NCBI GenBank assembly: GCA_963785725.1
Contig: CAWAWS010000015.1
Span: 320,001-384,000 of the forward strand
DNA length: 64,000 nt
Reading direction: 5' to 3'
DNA from: an uncultured delta proteobacterium
Lineage (GTDB): Bacteria; Myxococcota_A; Polyangia; Palsa-1104
Position 1 is the first letter of the stretch. Every line of letters begins with the position of its first letter. The notes under the pieces were generated by a model that was not told the origin of the DNA, searched no databases, and was given only the letters and a program-made list of their open reading frames with translations. Both the position numbers and the translations under genes were made by a program. Positions 52,550-62,057 of this stretch are shown piece after piece.

Positions 52550-53055
52550 TGAGGATCCTGGGCATCGACCCGGGTACGCGATACTTCGGTTACGGCGTCA
52601 TCGAGCGCCTCGGGCCTGGGCGCGTCCGGTACATCGAGTGCGGCGTGTTGCAGCCGCGGCGCGGCGACGAGCTGGCGGCACGGCTGGCCGACATCGCCGG
52701 CAGCCTGCGCGAGGTCATCGCCGAGCTGGCGCCGACGGTCGTGGCGGTCGAAGGCGTGTTTCACGGCGTCAACGCGCGGTCGGCGCTGCAGCTGGGCCAT
52801 TCGCGCGGCGTGGCGTTGGCGGCGGCGGGGGCGGCGGCGTTGACCGTGCACGAGTATGCGCCGGCGACGGTCAAGCGCGCGGTGGCCGGCAACGGCGCGG
52901 CGACGAAGGATCAGGTGTCGACGATGGTGCGGGCGCTGTGCGGCTTGGGGCGCAGCCCGTCGCTGGACGCGTCGGATGCGCTGGCGGTGGCGATCTGTCA
53001 CGCCTTTCGCGGCGCGGCGGTGGGCGCGCTCGCCGCGCGGGTGGCGCGGCGGTGA
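52549..53055 (+). CDS. ruvC: Crossover junction endodeoxyribonuclease
   Basis: ILGIDPG, VAVEGVF, LGHSRGV, VKRAVAGNG, DASDALAVAICH. Confidence 0.96.
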
Positions 53056-53256
53056 CCGCCCGGCGGCCGACGATGTCGCGCGGCGACGAGCCCGTCGCGA
53101 CTGTCTTGTGCGGCGACGCGCGCGCGGCGGCTATTTACGCGACGATGCGTGCGCGGCGATGGTTCTGCGCGGCGAGCAGCCGCGGCCGCGACAGTCGCAC
53201 GCACGGTGCGCCGATCGTCGTCGGCCGCGCATGAGCGCGCAACGAAAGATGCATTC

Positions 53257-53847
53257 ATGATCGCGCAGCTCCGCGGCACGCTCGTCGAAAAAGGCATCGA
53301 CCACGTGCTCGTCGACGTCGGCGGCGTCGGTTTCCGCGTCGCCGTCTCGCTCAACACGCTGGCGACGCTGCCGTCGGTCGGGCACACGGCGCAGCTGCAT
53401 ACGCAGCTCATCGTGCGCATGAACGCCGAGGACGTGCTCTTGCTCGTCGGGTTTGCCACGAGCGAGGAGCGCGCGGCGTTCGATCTCATCACGAGCGTGC
53501 AAGGCATCGGGCCCAAGCTGGCGATGTCGATTCTGTCGACGCTCGAGGCGTCCGAGCTGGCGCGGGCCGTGCGCGCCGGCGACCACGCGCGGCTGACGCG
53601 GATTCCCGGCATCGGCAAGAAGACCGCCGAGCGCCTCGTCCTCGAGCTGCGCGACAAGTTCACGGCCACGCCCGCGCCGGCGACGGGCAAGCGGCCGCTC
53701 GGCGCGCCCGCGGTCAGCTCGGCGCTGATCAACCTCGGCTACAAGCCGGCCGAGGCCGATCGCGCCGCCGAGCAGGCCGCCGCCGCGCATCCCGGCGCCG
53801 GCGTGGCCGAGCTGGTTAAAGCGGCGCTGCGCATCCTCGCGGAGTAG
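53257..53847 (+). CDS. ruvA: Holliday junction branch migration protein RuvA
   Basis: MIAQLRG, VGGVGF, VQGIGPKLA, IPGIGKKTAERLVLEL, ALINLGY. Confidence 0.96.
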   Translation: MIAQLRGTLVEKGIDHVLVDVGGVGFRVAVSLNTLATLPSVGHTAQLHTQLIVRMNAEDVLLLVGFATSEERAAFDLITSVQGIGPKLAMSILSTLEASELARAVRAGDHARLTRIPGIGKKTAERLVLELRDKFTATPAPATGKRPLGAPAVSSALINLGYKPAEADRAAEQAAAAHPGAGVAELVKAALRILAE

Positions 53848-53855
53848 AGTAGGGC

Positions 53856-54947
53856 ATGCGCAAGAAGCACGACGAGGGCCCGGCGGACGCGTCGACCGAC
53901 CCGGCCTCGGCGGCGCGCGGCGAACGCGTCATCGACCGTCCCGGCGATCGCCCGCGCCTCGTCGACGCCAGCCTCCTCGACGACGACGCCGCGCTCCGTC
54001 CGCGCACGTTCGACGAGTACGTTGGCCAGCGCAAAGTCGTCGAGAACCTCAAGATCTTCGTGGCCGCGGCCCAGCAGCGTGGTGAAGCGCTCGATCACGT
54101 GCTGTTTTCGGGGCCGCCCGGCATCGGCAAGACGACGCTGGCGCACCTCATCGCGCACGCGCTCGGCGTGCCGCTGCGCGCGATCGGCGCGCCCGCCATC
54201 GAGCACAAAGGGACGCTCGCGTCGTACCTCACGTCGCTGTCGGAGCGCGGCGTGTTCTTCATCGACGAGGTCCATCGGCTGCAGCCCGTCGTCGAGGAGT
54301 ATCTGTACCCGGCGATGGAGGACTTTCGGCTCGAGATTCCCGTCGGTGAGGGCCCGAACGCCGAGATGCTGCCCATCCGGCTGCCGCGCTTCTCGTTGGT
54401 GGCGGCGACGACACGGACAGGCCTCTTGTCGGCGCCCTTTTTGTCGCGCTTCGGGATCGTGTTGCGTCTGGAGTACTACGCGCCGCTCGAGTTGACCGAG
54501 ATCGTGCGTCGTTCGGCCGACAAGCTGGGCGTGCCCATCGATCCGGCGGGCGCGGAAGAGATCGGCCGGCGCGCGCGCGGCACGCCGCGTATCGCCAATC
54601 ACCTGTTGAAGCGGGTGCGCGACTTCGCCGAAGTGGAGGCGGACGGTCGCGTGACGCAGACGCTGGCGGCGTCGGCGCTGCAGCGGCTGGGGGTGGATCA
54701 GCTGGGTCTCGACGAGCTCGATCGCTCGCTGTTGCGCACGATCATCACGAAGTTCGACGGTGGGCCGGTCGGCATCGAGTCGCTGGCGGCGGCGTGCGCG
54801 GAGGAGCGGGATACGCTCGAGGACGTGTGCGAGCCGTATCTGATTCAGGAGGGCCTGCTGATGCGCACGCCGCGCGGCCGCGTGGCGACGCGACGGGCGC
54901 ATGACCATCTCGGCCTGCCGCCGCCGCGCCAAGGCGCGCTGCTGTAA
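53856..54947 (+). CDS. ruvB: Holliday junction branch migration helicase RuvB
   Basis: [58 protein letters not shown]. Confidence 0.97.
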   Translation: MRKKHDEGPADASTDPASAARGERVIDRPGDRPRLVDASLLDDDAALRPRTFDEYVGQRKVVENLKIFVAAAQQRGEALDHVLFSGPPGIGKTTLAHLIAHALGVPLRAIGAPAIEHKGTLASYLTSLSERGVFFIDEVHRLQPVVEEYLYPAMEDFRLEIPVGEGPNAEMLPIRLPRFSLVAATTRTGLLSAPFLSRFGIVLRLEYYAPLELTEIVRRSADKLGVPIDPAGAEEIGRRARGTPRIANHLLKRVRDFAEVEADGRVTQTLAASALQRLGVDQLGLDELDRSLLRTIITKFDGGPVGIESLAAACAEERDTLEDVCEPYLIQEGLLMRTPRGRVATRRAHDHLGLPPPRQGALL

Positions 54948-54970
54948 CCGAGCCGCCGTCGGACGCCGGG

Positions 54971-55198
54971 TGGACGGCCGACGTCGAGGTGGACGGCCGA
55001 CGTCGAGATGGACGGCCGACGCTGAGATGGACGGCCGACGCTGAGATGGACGGCCGACGCCGAGATGGACGGCCGACGCCGAGATGGACGGCCGACGCTG
55101 AGATGGACGGCCGACGCCGAGATGGACGGCCGACCACGAGATGGACGGCCTACGCCGAGATGGACGGCCGACCACGAGATGGACTGCCGACGCCGAGA
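54971..55198. repeat. 19-bp tandem repeat, 12 copies
   Basis: Unit TGGACGGCCGACG(C/T)(C/T)GAGA counted 12 times from 54971; variants mainly in positions 13-15. Confidence 0.95.
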
Positions 55199-55213
55199 TG
55201 GATCGCGACGGCC

Positions 55214-56052
55214 GTCCGCTCGAACGGACGAATCCGCTATATCAACTGCCGCGTACGCGCCCGCCAGGACGTCCGTTGGAGCGGATGAGTCCGCAATGAT
55301 CACCGCAGCGCGGCGCTGGCCTATCGTCCGCTCGAGCGGATGGATCTGCAATGACGACGGCGCAGTCGCCGCCGGCTGAGACGCCCGCTCGAACGGATGA
55401 ATCCGCCTCGGCGACGGGTAGAGCATAGAGCCGCGCGGGTAGAAACGTTCGCTCGAGCGGATAGATCCGCGACGACGACGGCGAGTCGGCGCGAGCAGAA
55501 GACGTCCGCTCGAACGGATGAGTCCGCCACGGCGACGCTGGCGTCGAGTCGTGTCCTTAAAACGTCCGCCAGAGCGGACAGATCAGCAATGACGACGGCG
55601 AGTCGGTTCTAGCAGAAGACGTCCGCTCGAACGGATCGGTCCGCCACGGTGACGCTGGCCTCGAGTAGGTGTCCTCAAAGGTCCGACAGATCGGACAGAT
55701 CGGACAGAATAGCAATGACGACGGCGAGTCGGCGCTTGCCGAGACGTCCGTTCGCGCCGATGGATCCGCAATGACGGCGGCAAAGTTGACGTTGGCGGAG
55801 ACAGCCGCTCGCGCGGCTGGAGCCTCAAAGACGACGGCATCGTGGCGTCCGTGCGTCGTCCGTTTCGACGGACGGATCCAGGTGCGACCCGCAGTCGCTG
55901 TCCGCTCGAACGGATGGATCCGCAATAGCGACTGCGTAGCTGGCGCCGGCGGAGGCGTCCGCCCCAGCGGACAAGTGTCGACCGATTTTCGCGCCGGGCT
56001 GTCGGCTGTCAGTCCGCGCTCGAACGGACGGATCCGCTATGGCGACGGCGAG
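55214..56052. repeat. Degenerate ~57-bp hairpin-repeat array, ~15 units
   Basis: Core GTCCGCTCGA(A/G)CGGA(T/C)G(G/A)ATCCGC.ATGACGACGGCG starting at about 55214, 55271, 55326, 55383, 55447, 55504, 55564, 55621, 55681, 55746, 55803, 55858, 55900, 55957, 56012. Confidence 0.9.
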
Positions 56053-56894
56053 GCCGGCGGCGGCGGCGGCGCCGGCTTGGGCGGCTGCTGTCGGTCGCCG
56101 GCGCGGCCCGCGCGTGCCCAATCGGGGAACATCCCCGTGGGCTCGAACGCGCCCCCCTGCGCCGCCGGTCGCGCCACGCGCACCTGCCGCTGCACATGCT
56201 CCTCGCCGGCGCTGGCTGTGACCGTCACGTCGACGAGCGTCCGCAGCTGCGCCGACGCCAGCCCCGGCCGCGCTGCCACCGTCATCGACGCGCCCGGCGC
56301 CGCCAGCTCAGGCACCGTCGCGCCCAGCGCGAACGCAAAGACCCGCGCCGCCACATCCGGCGCCACCTCCGCCGGCGTCAGCAGGAACACGCCGGGCGGC
56401 TTCGGCACGTCAATCGGCAGCTCCGTCGTCGTCCCATTGCCGGCGGCGTCGAGCGCCGTCACCGTCGCCGCACGCTCGCCGGGCCAGATCCAGGCGAGCA
56501 GTCGCGCATGGCCGCCGGCATCGGCGCGCGCCGTCGTCCGTCGCCCGTGAATGACCGCCACGACCTGCGCGCCCGGCTCCGTCTCGATGGGAATTTCGGT
56601 GCGCGCGCCCAACGGCAGCGTCGTCGCCGTCGCATCCCCGGTGGCGTCGTTCCAAGCGGCCAGCAGCGCGTAACCCGGCGCGCCCGTCGCCGGCGGACGA
56701 TAATCGGCCTCGAAGCGGCCCTCGCCCGTCGCTTCGGGCGTCGAAATCGCCCCCGTCGAGCACCACAGCCGCAGCTGCTTCACGCCCGGCGCGTTCACGA
56801 CGACGTGCACCGCGGCCGCGCCTGCTTCGATCCGCACCGGCGTCGCCGCGACGAGGATCCGAATGGCCAAGAGCAGCGCGCTCACGACCGCCAC
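56037..56894 (-). CDS. Hypothetical secreted protein, Ig-like beta domains, Pro-rich tail
   Basis: N-terminal hydrophobic leader; GRFEADYRPP, ETEPGAQV, TALDAAGN; stop falls inside the last array unit. Confidence 0.7.
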   Translation of the reverse strand: MAVVSALLLAIRILVAATPVRIEAGAAAVHVVVNAPGVKQLRLWCSTGAISTPEATGEGRFEADYRPPATGAPGYALLAAWNDATGDATATTLPLGARTEIPIETEPGAQVVAVIHGRRTTARADAGGHARLLAWIWPGERAATVTALDAAGNGTTTELPIDVPKPPGVFLLTPAEVAPDVAARVFAFALGATVPELAAPGASMTVAARPGLASAQLRTLVDVTVTASAGEEHVQRQVRVARPAAQGGAFEPTGMFPDWARAGRAGDRQQPPKPAPPPPPASPSP

Positions 56895-57136
56895 CGCCTC
56901 CCGCTACGCGCAATCGGTCGCACGATTCGTCGTCTGCTCTCGCGGTGTCCGTTCTGTCGATGAAGCGGGGCGCTAGGAACCATGAGCCCTCGCGCCAAAG
57001 CTGCGAACGCAACCAATATGACACCATTTCAACCCGTCGGCGGCCATCGCGAGGCGCCCGCGCTCGAATTACGCCGGCCAGCGGCGCCGACGCGCGCCTT
57101 GGCTCGCTTTGATGCTGTAACCGCCGCACCCGCTTG

Positions 57137-57640
57137 CGAGCGCGAAGTTGCCGCGCTCGTCGTCGCGTCAATCGCGCTCCCGACGAGCGGCCCGCGCCAC
57201 GAACGTAAGTCGCCGCTCGTCGTCGCATCAATTCGAGCTCCCGGCGGGCGTTGACGCTGCAGGCCGTCGGGTCCGCCCCCACGAGCGTGAATCGCCGGCC
57301 GCCGTCGCATCAATCGAGCTCCCGGCGGGCTTTGCCGGTGCCGTGGGCTCGCCCCGCGAACGCGAATTGCCGCTCGCCGTCGCATCAATCGAGCTCCCGG
57401 CGAGCTTTGCCGGTGCCGTGGGCTCGCCCCGCGAACGCGAATTGCCGCTCGCCGTTACATCAATCGTGCTCCGGCGGGCTTTGATGCTGCATCCGCCGGG
57501 CCCACCCCACGAACGCGAACTCGCTGCCCTTGTGCCGCCGGGCTCACCCCACGAACGCGAACTGCCGCTCGCGCCGGGCTCACCCACGAACGCCACTGCC
57601 GCCCGCCATCGCGCCCGCCGCACGAACGTGAATTGCCGTT
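57137..57640. repeat. Degenerate ~75-bp tandem repeat (about 5 full + 4 truncated units)
   Basis: Unit CGAACGCGAATTGCCGCTCGCCGTCGCATCAATCGAGCTCCCGGCGGGCTTTG...GGGCTCGCCCC at about 57137, 57200, 57282, 57357, 57432; partial copies at 57510, 57552, 57587, 57623. Confidence 0.88.
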
Positions 57641-57730
57641 AACGGAACGCGTCATTCGCCGCTGCCAATCGGCAAATTTGCCGCAAACTGCGCAGCCGGT
57701 TACAATCGAACCCGTGAGGCACGGCTCGTG

Positions 57731-58192
57731 ATGTCGCTGCCCGCCGGCGTAAGTGTTCGCCGCGCGCGCCCCGGAGACGCTTCGCACGTCTTCGGGCTCG
57801 TCGAGCAGTTGGGCTATCAGCCCGATCCGCGCGGCTACGACGAGACGTTCGCGCAGGTCGTCCGCCATCCCGAAGCCGCCGTATTCATCGCCGCCGAAGG
57901 CATGCGTGTCGTCGGCTACTTGGCCATGTCGCACCGCCCGCAGATCCGCTTGGGCGGACGCGCCGCCTACATCGACGAGCTCGTCGTCGCCGACAAACGC
58001 CGCGGCGAAGGCGTCGGCTCGGCGCTCCTGCAAGCGGCCCTCGACTACGCGCGCGGCCTCGGCTGTATGCGCGTCGACCTGCACACGGCGCGGGCGCGCC
58101 AGAGCTACGCGCGCGGCTTCTACGTCGGCCACGGCTTCGCCGAGGTCGAGTCGGCCGTGCTGCGGCTCAGTCTGGCCCGTACGCGAACGTGA
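57731..58192 (+). CDS. GNAT family N-acetyltransferase
   Basis: VRRARPGD, QLGY, IDELVV..RRGEGVGSALL, FYVGHGF. Confidence 0.92.
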   Translation: MSLPAGVSVRRARPGDASHVFGLVEQLGYQPDPRGYDETFAQVVRHPEAAVFIAAEGMRVVGYLAMSHRPQIRLGGRAAYIDELVVADKRRGEGVGSALLQAALDYARGLGCMRVDLHTARARQSYARGFYVGHGFAEVESAVLRLSLARTRT

Positions 58193-58554
58193 AAATCCTT
58201 CTCGTCGACGACGATCCGGGCATCCTCGAGGTCATGTCGAAGATGCTCGGCCACCGCGGCCACAGCGTGCAGACGTGTCCGACGCCGTTCGGTGTGTCGG
58301 CGACGATCGTGCGCGATCCGCCGGACGTGGTCGTGCTCGACGTCATGATGCCGGGCCTCGGCGGCGCCGCGCTGGCGACGTTGATAGCGAAGCTGGAGCT
58401 GCCGCGGGTGCCGCGCATGATCTTGTGGTCGGCGGTGGACGACGATGCGTTGCGCACGGCGAGCCGCGAAGCGGGCGGCGTGGCGACGGTGTCGAAGGCG
58501 ATGCGCGCGTCCGAAATCGCGACGGCGATCGAACGCATCGGCGCGCGCGCGTAG
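58189..58554 (+). CDS. Single-domain response regulator (receiver)
   Basis: KILLVDDD, PDVVVLDVMMPG, ILWS, VSK. Confidence 0.9.
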   Translation: MKILLVDDDPGILEVMSKMLGHRGHSVQTCPTPFGVSATIVRDPPDVVVLDVMMPGLGGAALATLIAKLELPRVPRMILWSAVDDDALRTASREAGGVATVSKAMRASEIATAIERIGARA

Positions 58555-58624
58555 CCTTTCGCCGCGCGGAAGTCCGCGCTCGGTTCAAACCATCTGGCCG
58601 CGTCGCGGTCGTCGTACTCCACGC

Positions 58625-58911
58625 GTCAACGCCGTAGAGGAGTTGGTCGAGAAGCTGTTCTCCGTCGGAGAGCGACTGCCGCGGCGGCTGCAGGAGCGAT
58701 CGTGGCCGCCGATTTCGCCGTCGGGTCGCGGCTGTGGCGGCTGATCGACGACGACGAGCCGTTCAACGTCGACGCGCGCAGCAAAGGCTGGGCCTCGTTA
58801 CCCGCCGTGGCTGGTGCGGCAGCGGCAACAAGAACGAGCACTGCCACCTCGCCGCCGACGCGCAGCACGATCGCGAGCCCGCCGATTAGCACTCCGACCG
58901 CACCAAGCTAA
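58625..58911 (+). pseudogene. Possible degraded gene fragment
   Basis: VNAVEELVEKLFSVGERLPRRLQER continuing in another frame as ..LWRLIDDDEPFNVDARSKGWA reads like a protein N-terminus; no intact ORF. Confidence 0.25.
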
Positions 58912-59068
58912 TCGGCAGTCGCACCGATTCGCGCGCACTGATTCGCGCGCGAGGCGAGTCGTGCGAATGACGCGCCGTCGATGGCCGCCCGAGTCGACCG
59001 CGCGCTCCGTGCCAGCAGGCTGAAGACAGCTGCGCCAAACGGGCGCGCGGCTTCAGCTACTGCACCGG

Positions 59069-60577
59069 TCATTCTTTCGGCTGCTCCTCCGACCCGTCAC
59101 CCGTCGGCGCCGACGCGCCATCCTTCGCGGCCGATGTCCCATCCTTCTTCGCCGCCGCCACGCCGCTCGTCGGCGCCGCGTCGTGTCGATGAAACGTGAC
59201 CTCCGGATCCCCATCGCCCAGCAGCAACGTCGTGAACCCATAGCCGCGCGCGCTCGCCTTCGGCCACGGCCCCGCGTGCGTCGCCGCCTGCGTCGTCACC
59301 ATCGCCGCCTTGCCGTGAATCGCCGCCGCCACGCCGTCGCCCGCGCCATCCGGCCAGCGCACGAACCCGAGCCCGCCAATCCCGCCGAGGCCATGCTCCA
59401 CCGGCTCCGCCTCGAACACGTCGTCCCAATGGGTATGTCCCGCCAAATGTAGGACCCGCTGCCCATGCGTCGCCGCGACCAACAGCATGCGCTCGAACGC
59501 GTCGTGCCCGTCGCGCATGTGCCCGAAGAGGCCGGCCTGCGACGGCGACGACTCGCCCGTCAGCACCGTCCGCGACGGCGCGTGGCTGAACAGCACGACG
59601 CCGCGCGTGCCCGACTTGGCCGCGCCGTCGAGCGCCCGCGTCAGCTGCGCGATCGTCTCCGGCGAGAGCCCACGCGTCAGGATCCGCGGCGACAGCGTCG
59701 ACGGCCCCGAGTCGAACCCGATGAAGCGATAGCCGCCCAGCTCGAGCTCGAACTCCAGGAACGGATGGAACGCGCGCGCGAAATTCTCCCAGCCCGCGCC
59801 GTACTGCTTGCCGACGAAGGTGCGAAACCCGATGTCGTGGTTGCCGATCACGATCGCCACCGGCGCCTTCAACCCGACGAGCAGCGCTTGCGCTCGCGGC
59901 GGCAGCGTCGCGTCGGTGCCTTGGTTCACGATGTCGCCGGTGATGAGGATGAGATCGGGCGCCTCCGCGTTCACCTCGTCGATGACCTGCTTCAGGTGCT
60001 CCTCGACCGCGTCCACGTGCTTGCCGATGTGGATGTCGCTCAGCTGCACGACTTTGACGTGGGCGAGCTGCGCCGGATCGTCGGCGCGCAGCCAGACCGC
60101 GCGCGGCGTCCGCGTCGGCGCGTCGCACGACGGGTGCAGATAGAGGTCGTACGCGCCCGGCGGCGCGGTCGCCGGCGCCGTCATCCGCACGCGCTCGACC
60201 GTCGGCGCCACGGCCTTACGGTCGACCGTCGTCAGCGCGAGCAGCTGGCAGCCGTCGATGACGGCGCCGCCGAGGCAGCGTTCGGCCGCCACGGCGTCGA
60301 CATCGGGCCGTACGAGCGCCGCGCGCACGGCGGTCGGCCCGCCGCGTTCGAGCAGCTCGACGGCGATCGCCGCGCCGGTCTGCGCGATCGCCGGCAGCCC
60401 GAAGCGCGGTCGCAACAGCCCCGCGTCATGCGCCAAATCGGGATCGCCATCGGCGGGATAGAAGGCGCGATAGTTCGCTGCCACCGACGTCAGCACCAGA
60501 TCCTGCCGATGCACCGCCAACGGCGCCGCGCAGCCGGCAGCCACCGTCGCGAGCAGCAAAGCCGCGCGTCGAAGCAT
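59069..60577 (-). CDS. Calcineurin-like metallophosphoesterase lipoprotein
   Basis: Lipobox AAGC; QLSDIHIG, ITGDIV, IGNHD, FSHAP, AGHTH. Confidence 0.9.
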   Translation of the reverse strand: MLRRAALLLATVAAGCAAPLAVHRQDLVLTSVAANYRAFYPADGDPDLAHDAGLLRPRFGLPAIAQTGAAIAVELLERGGPTAVRAALVRPDVDAVAAERCLGGAVIDGCQLLALTTVDRKAVAPTVERVRMTAPATAPPGAYDLYLHPSCDAPTRTPRAVWLRADDPAQLAHVKVVQLSDIHIGKHVDAVEEHLKQVIDEVNAEAPDLILITGDIVNQGTDATLPPRAQALLVGLKAPVAIVIGNHDIGFRTFVGKQYGAGWENFARAFHPFLEFELELGGYRFIGFDSGPSTLSPRILTRGLSPETIAQLTRALDGAAKSGTRGVVLFSHAPSRTVLTGESSPSQAGLFGHMRDGHDAFERMLLVAATHGQRVLHLAGHTHWDDVFEAEPVEHGLGGIGGLGFVRWPDGAGDGVAAAIHGKAAMVTTQAATHAGPWPKASARGYGFTTLLLGDGDPEVTFHRHDAAPTSGVAAAKKDGTSAAKDGASAPTGDGSEEQPKE

Positions 60578-60632
60578 TGCCGAGAGTATGACCGAGGATT
60601 TCGCCGACGCCTGCGTCGACGACGAGGCGAGC

Positions 60633-61265
60633 TTAGTTGGCGGGAGCGGGCGCGGCCGGCTTGGCCGGAGCGTCAGACTTCGACGACTTCGCAGCCGGAG
60701 CATCGGACTTGGCGGCCGGAGCATCGGACTTGGCGGCGGGCGCATCGGACTTGGCGGCGGGCGCATCGGACTTGGCGGCGGGCGTCGCAGCCTTGCCGTC
60801 GTCCTTCGCCGTGTCGGCCGGCGCCGTGCCCTTGGTCGTCGCGGGCGCCGTCGTGTCGCCGGCAGGCGTCGTCGTCGTGTCGCCCGCCGCCGCCGGCGTG
60901 ACTGTCACCGACTTGGCGCGCTCGGCGGCATCCTTCTGCACCTTGGCGTCGCCGGCCTTGGCATCGTCCGCCTTCTTCTGCTCGGCCGCCTGCTTCTGCT
61001 TCTGCGCCGTCAGCTTTTGCAAGCGCGACGAGTCCGACTGGCTCGCGAAGTACGCCAGCGTGATCGACGTCAGCATGAACACGATCGCCGTCCCCGCCGT
61101 CAGCTTCTCGAGGAACGAGCCGGCGCCGCGTCCACCGAACACCTGCGACGAGGTCGACGAGCCGAATGCGATACCCACGCCGCCGCCCTTGCCCGCCTGT
61201 AAAAGCACGACGAGAATCAAGAACAAGCAGACGAAAACATGAATGATCGTAATTAGTGTAACCAT
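60633..61265 (-). CDS. secG: Preprotein translocase subunit SecG with long low-complexity C-terminal extension
   Basis: ILVVLLQAGKGGGVGIAFG, SQVFGGRGAGSFLEKLT; follows tpiA. Confidence 0.92.
   Translation of the reverse strand: MVTLITIIHVFVCLFLILVVLLQAGKGGGVGIAFGSSTSSQVFGGRGAGSFLEKLTAGTAIVFMLTSITLAYFASQSDSSRLQKLTAQKQKQAAEQKKADDAKAGDAKVQKDAAERAKSVTVTPAAAGDTTTTPAGDTTAPATTKGTAPADTAKDDGKAATPAAKSDAPAAKSDAPAAKSDAPAAKSDAPAAKSSKSDAPAKPAAPAPAN
60698..60783. repeat. 21-bp coding tandem repeat (KSDAPAA x4) in the secG tail
   Basis: GCATCGGACTTGGCGGC(G/C)GG repeated four times. Confidence 0.85.
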
Positions 61266-61267
61266 TG

Positions 61268-62029
61268 CTAGCTGTTCCTATACTTCACGATCTTGAGAAA
61301 GTCATCCGCTTTCAGCGACGCGCCGCCCACCAGCGCGCCGTCGATGTCGGCCTGTCCCATGAGCTGCGCCGCGTTGTCCGGCTTGACGCTGCCGCCGTAC
61401 TGAATGCGCACGCGCTGCGCGACATCCGCGAACTGTTCCGAGAGCTTACCGCGAATGAACTGATGCATCTCTTGCGCTTGCTGCGGCGTCGCCGTGCGGC
61501 CCGTTCCGATGGCCCAAACCGGCTCGTAGGCGATGACGAGCCGCTCGGCATCCGCCGCCGTCAGCCCCGCCAAACCGCCTTCGAGATGGCGGCGCACGAC
61601 GTGAAAAGCCTCGCCCGCGTCGCGCTCGGCCAGCGTCTCGCCGACGCACAAGATCGGGTCGAGCCCGTTGCGCAGCGCCGCTTTGACCTTCAGGTTCGCG
61701 CTCGCGTCGAGCTCGCCGAAGTGCTGGCGGCGCTCGGAGTGGGCGATGATGACGTACTTACAGCCGACATCTTTCAATAGCTTGCAGGAGACCTCGCCCG
61801 TCCAGGCGCCTTGGTCTTCCCAAAAGCAGTTCTGCGCCGCCAGCGCCACCGACGAGCCTTCGAGCCGCTTGGCGACCGCGTGCAGCGCCGTGAACACCGG
61901 CGCCACGGCGACTTCGACATCGCGCACCGGTCCGACGGCGTTCTTGATCGCCGTCGCCAGCTCGAGCGACTCGGCGATCGTTTTGTGCAGCTTCCAGTTG
62001 CCGCAGATGAGCTTCGTCCGCTCGCTCAT
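61268..62029 (-). CDS. tpiA: Triosephosphate isomerase
   Basis: [46 protein letters not shown]. Confidence 0.98.
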   Translation of the reverse strand: MSERTKLICGNWKLHKTIAESLELATAIKNAVGPVRDVEVAVAPVFTALHAVAKRLEGSSVALAAQNCFWEDQGAWTGEVSCKLLKDVGCKYVIIAHSERRQHFGELDASANLKVKAALRNGLDPILCVGETLAERDAGEAFHVVRRHLEGGLAGLTAADAERLVIAYEPVWAIGTGRTATPQQAQEMHQFIRGKLSEQFADVAQRVRIQYGGSVKPDNAAQLMGQADIDGALVGGASLKADDFLKIVKYRNS

Positions 62030-62057
62030 GGTTGCACGCTCACGTCCGCGTGCTCGC

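Noticed and set aside
54745..55925. Repetitive ORFs (MDGRRRDGRPT..., VGRPSRRRPSIS...) over the arrays
   Set aside because: Translations of 19-bp and variable-length repeats that cycle through frames; no consistent coding frame
55214..56052. CRISPR array
   Set aside because: Repeats are too degenerate, tails are short and partly duplicated (units 5/7 and 6/8), and there are no cas genes or AT-rich leader in the window; kept as a structured repeat array
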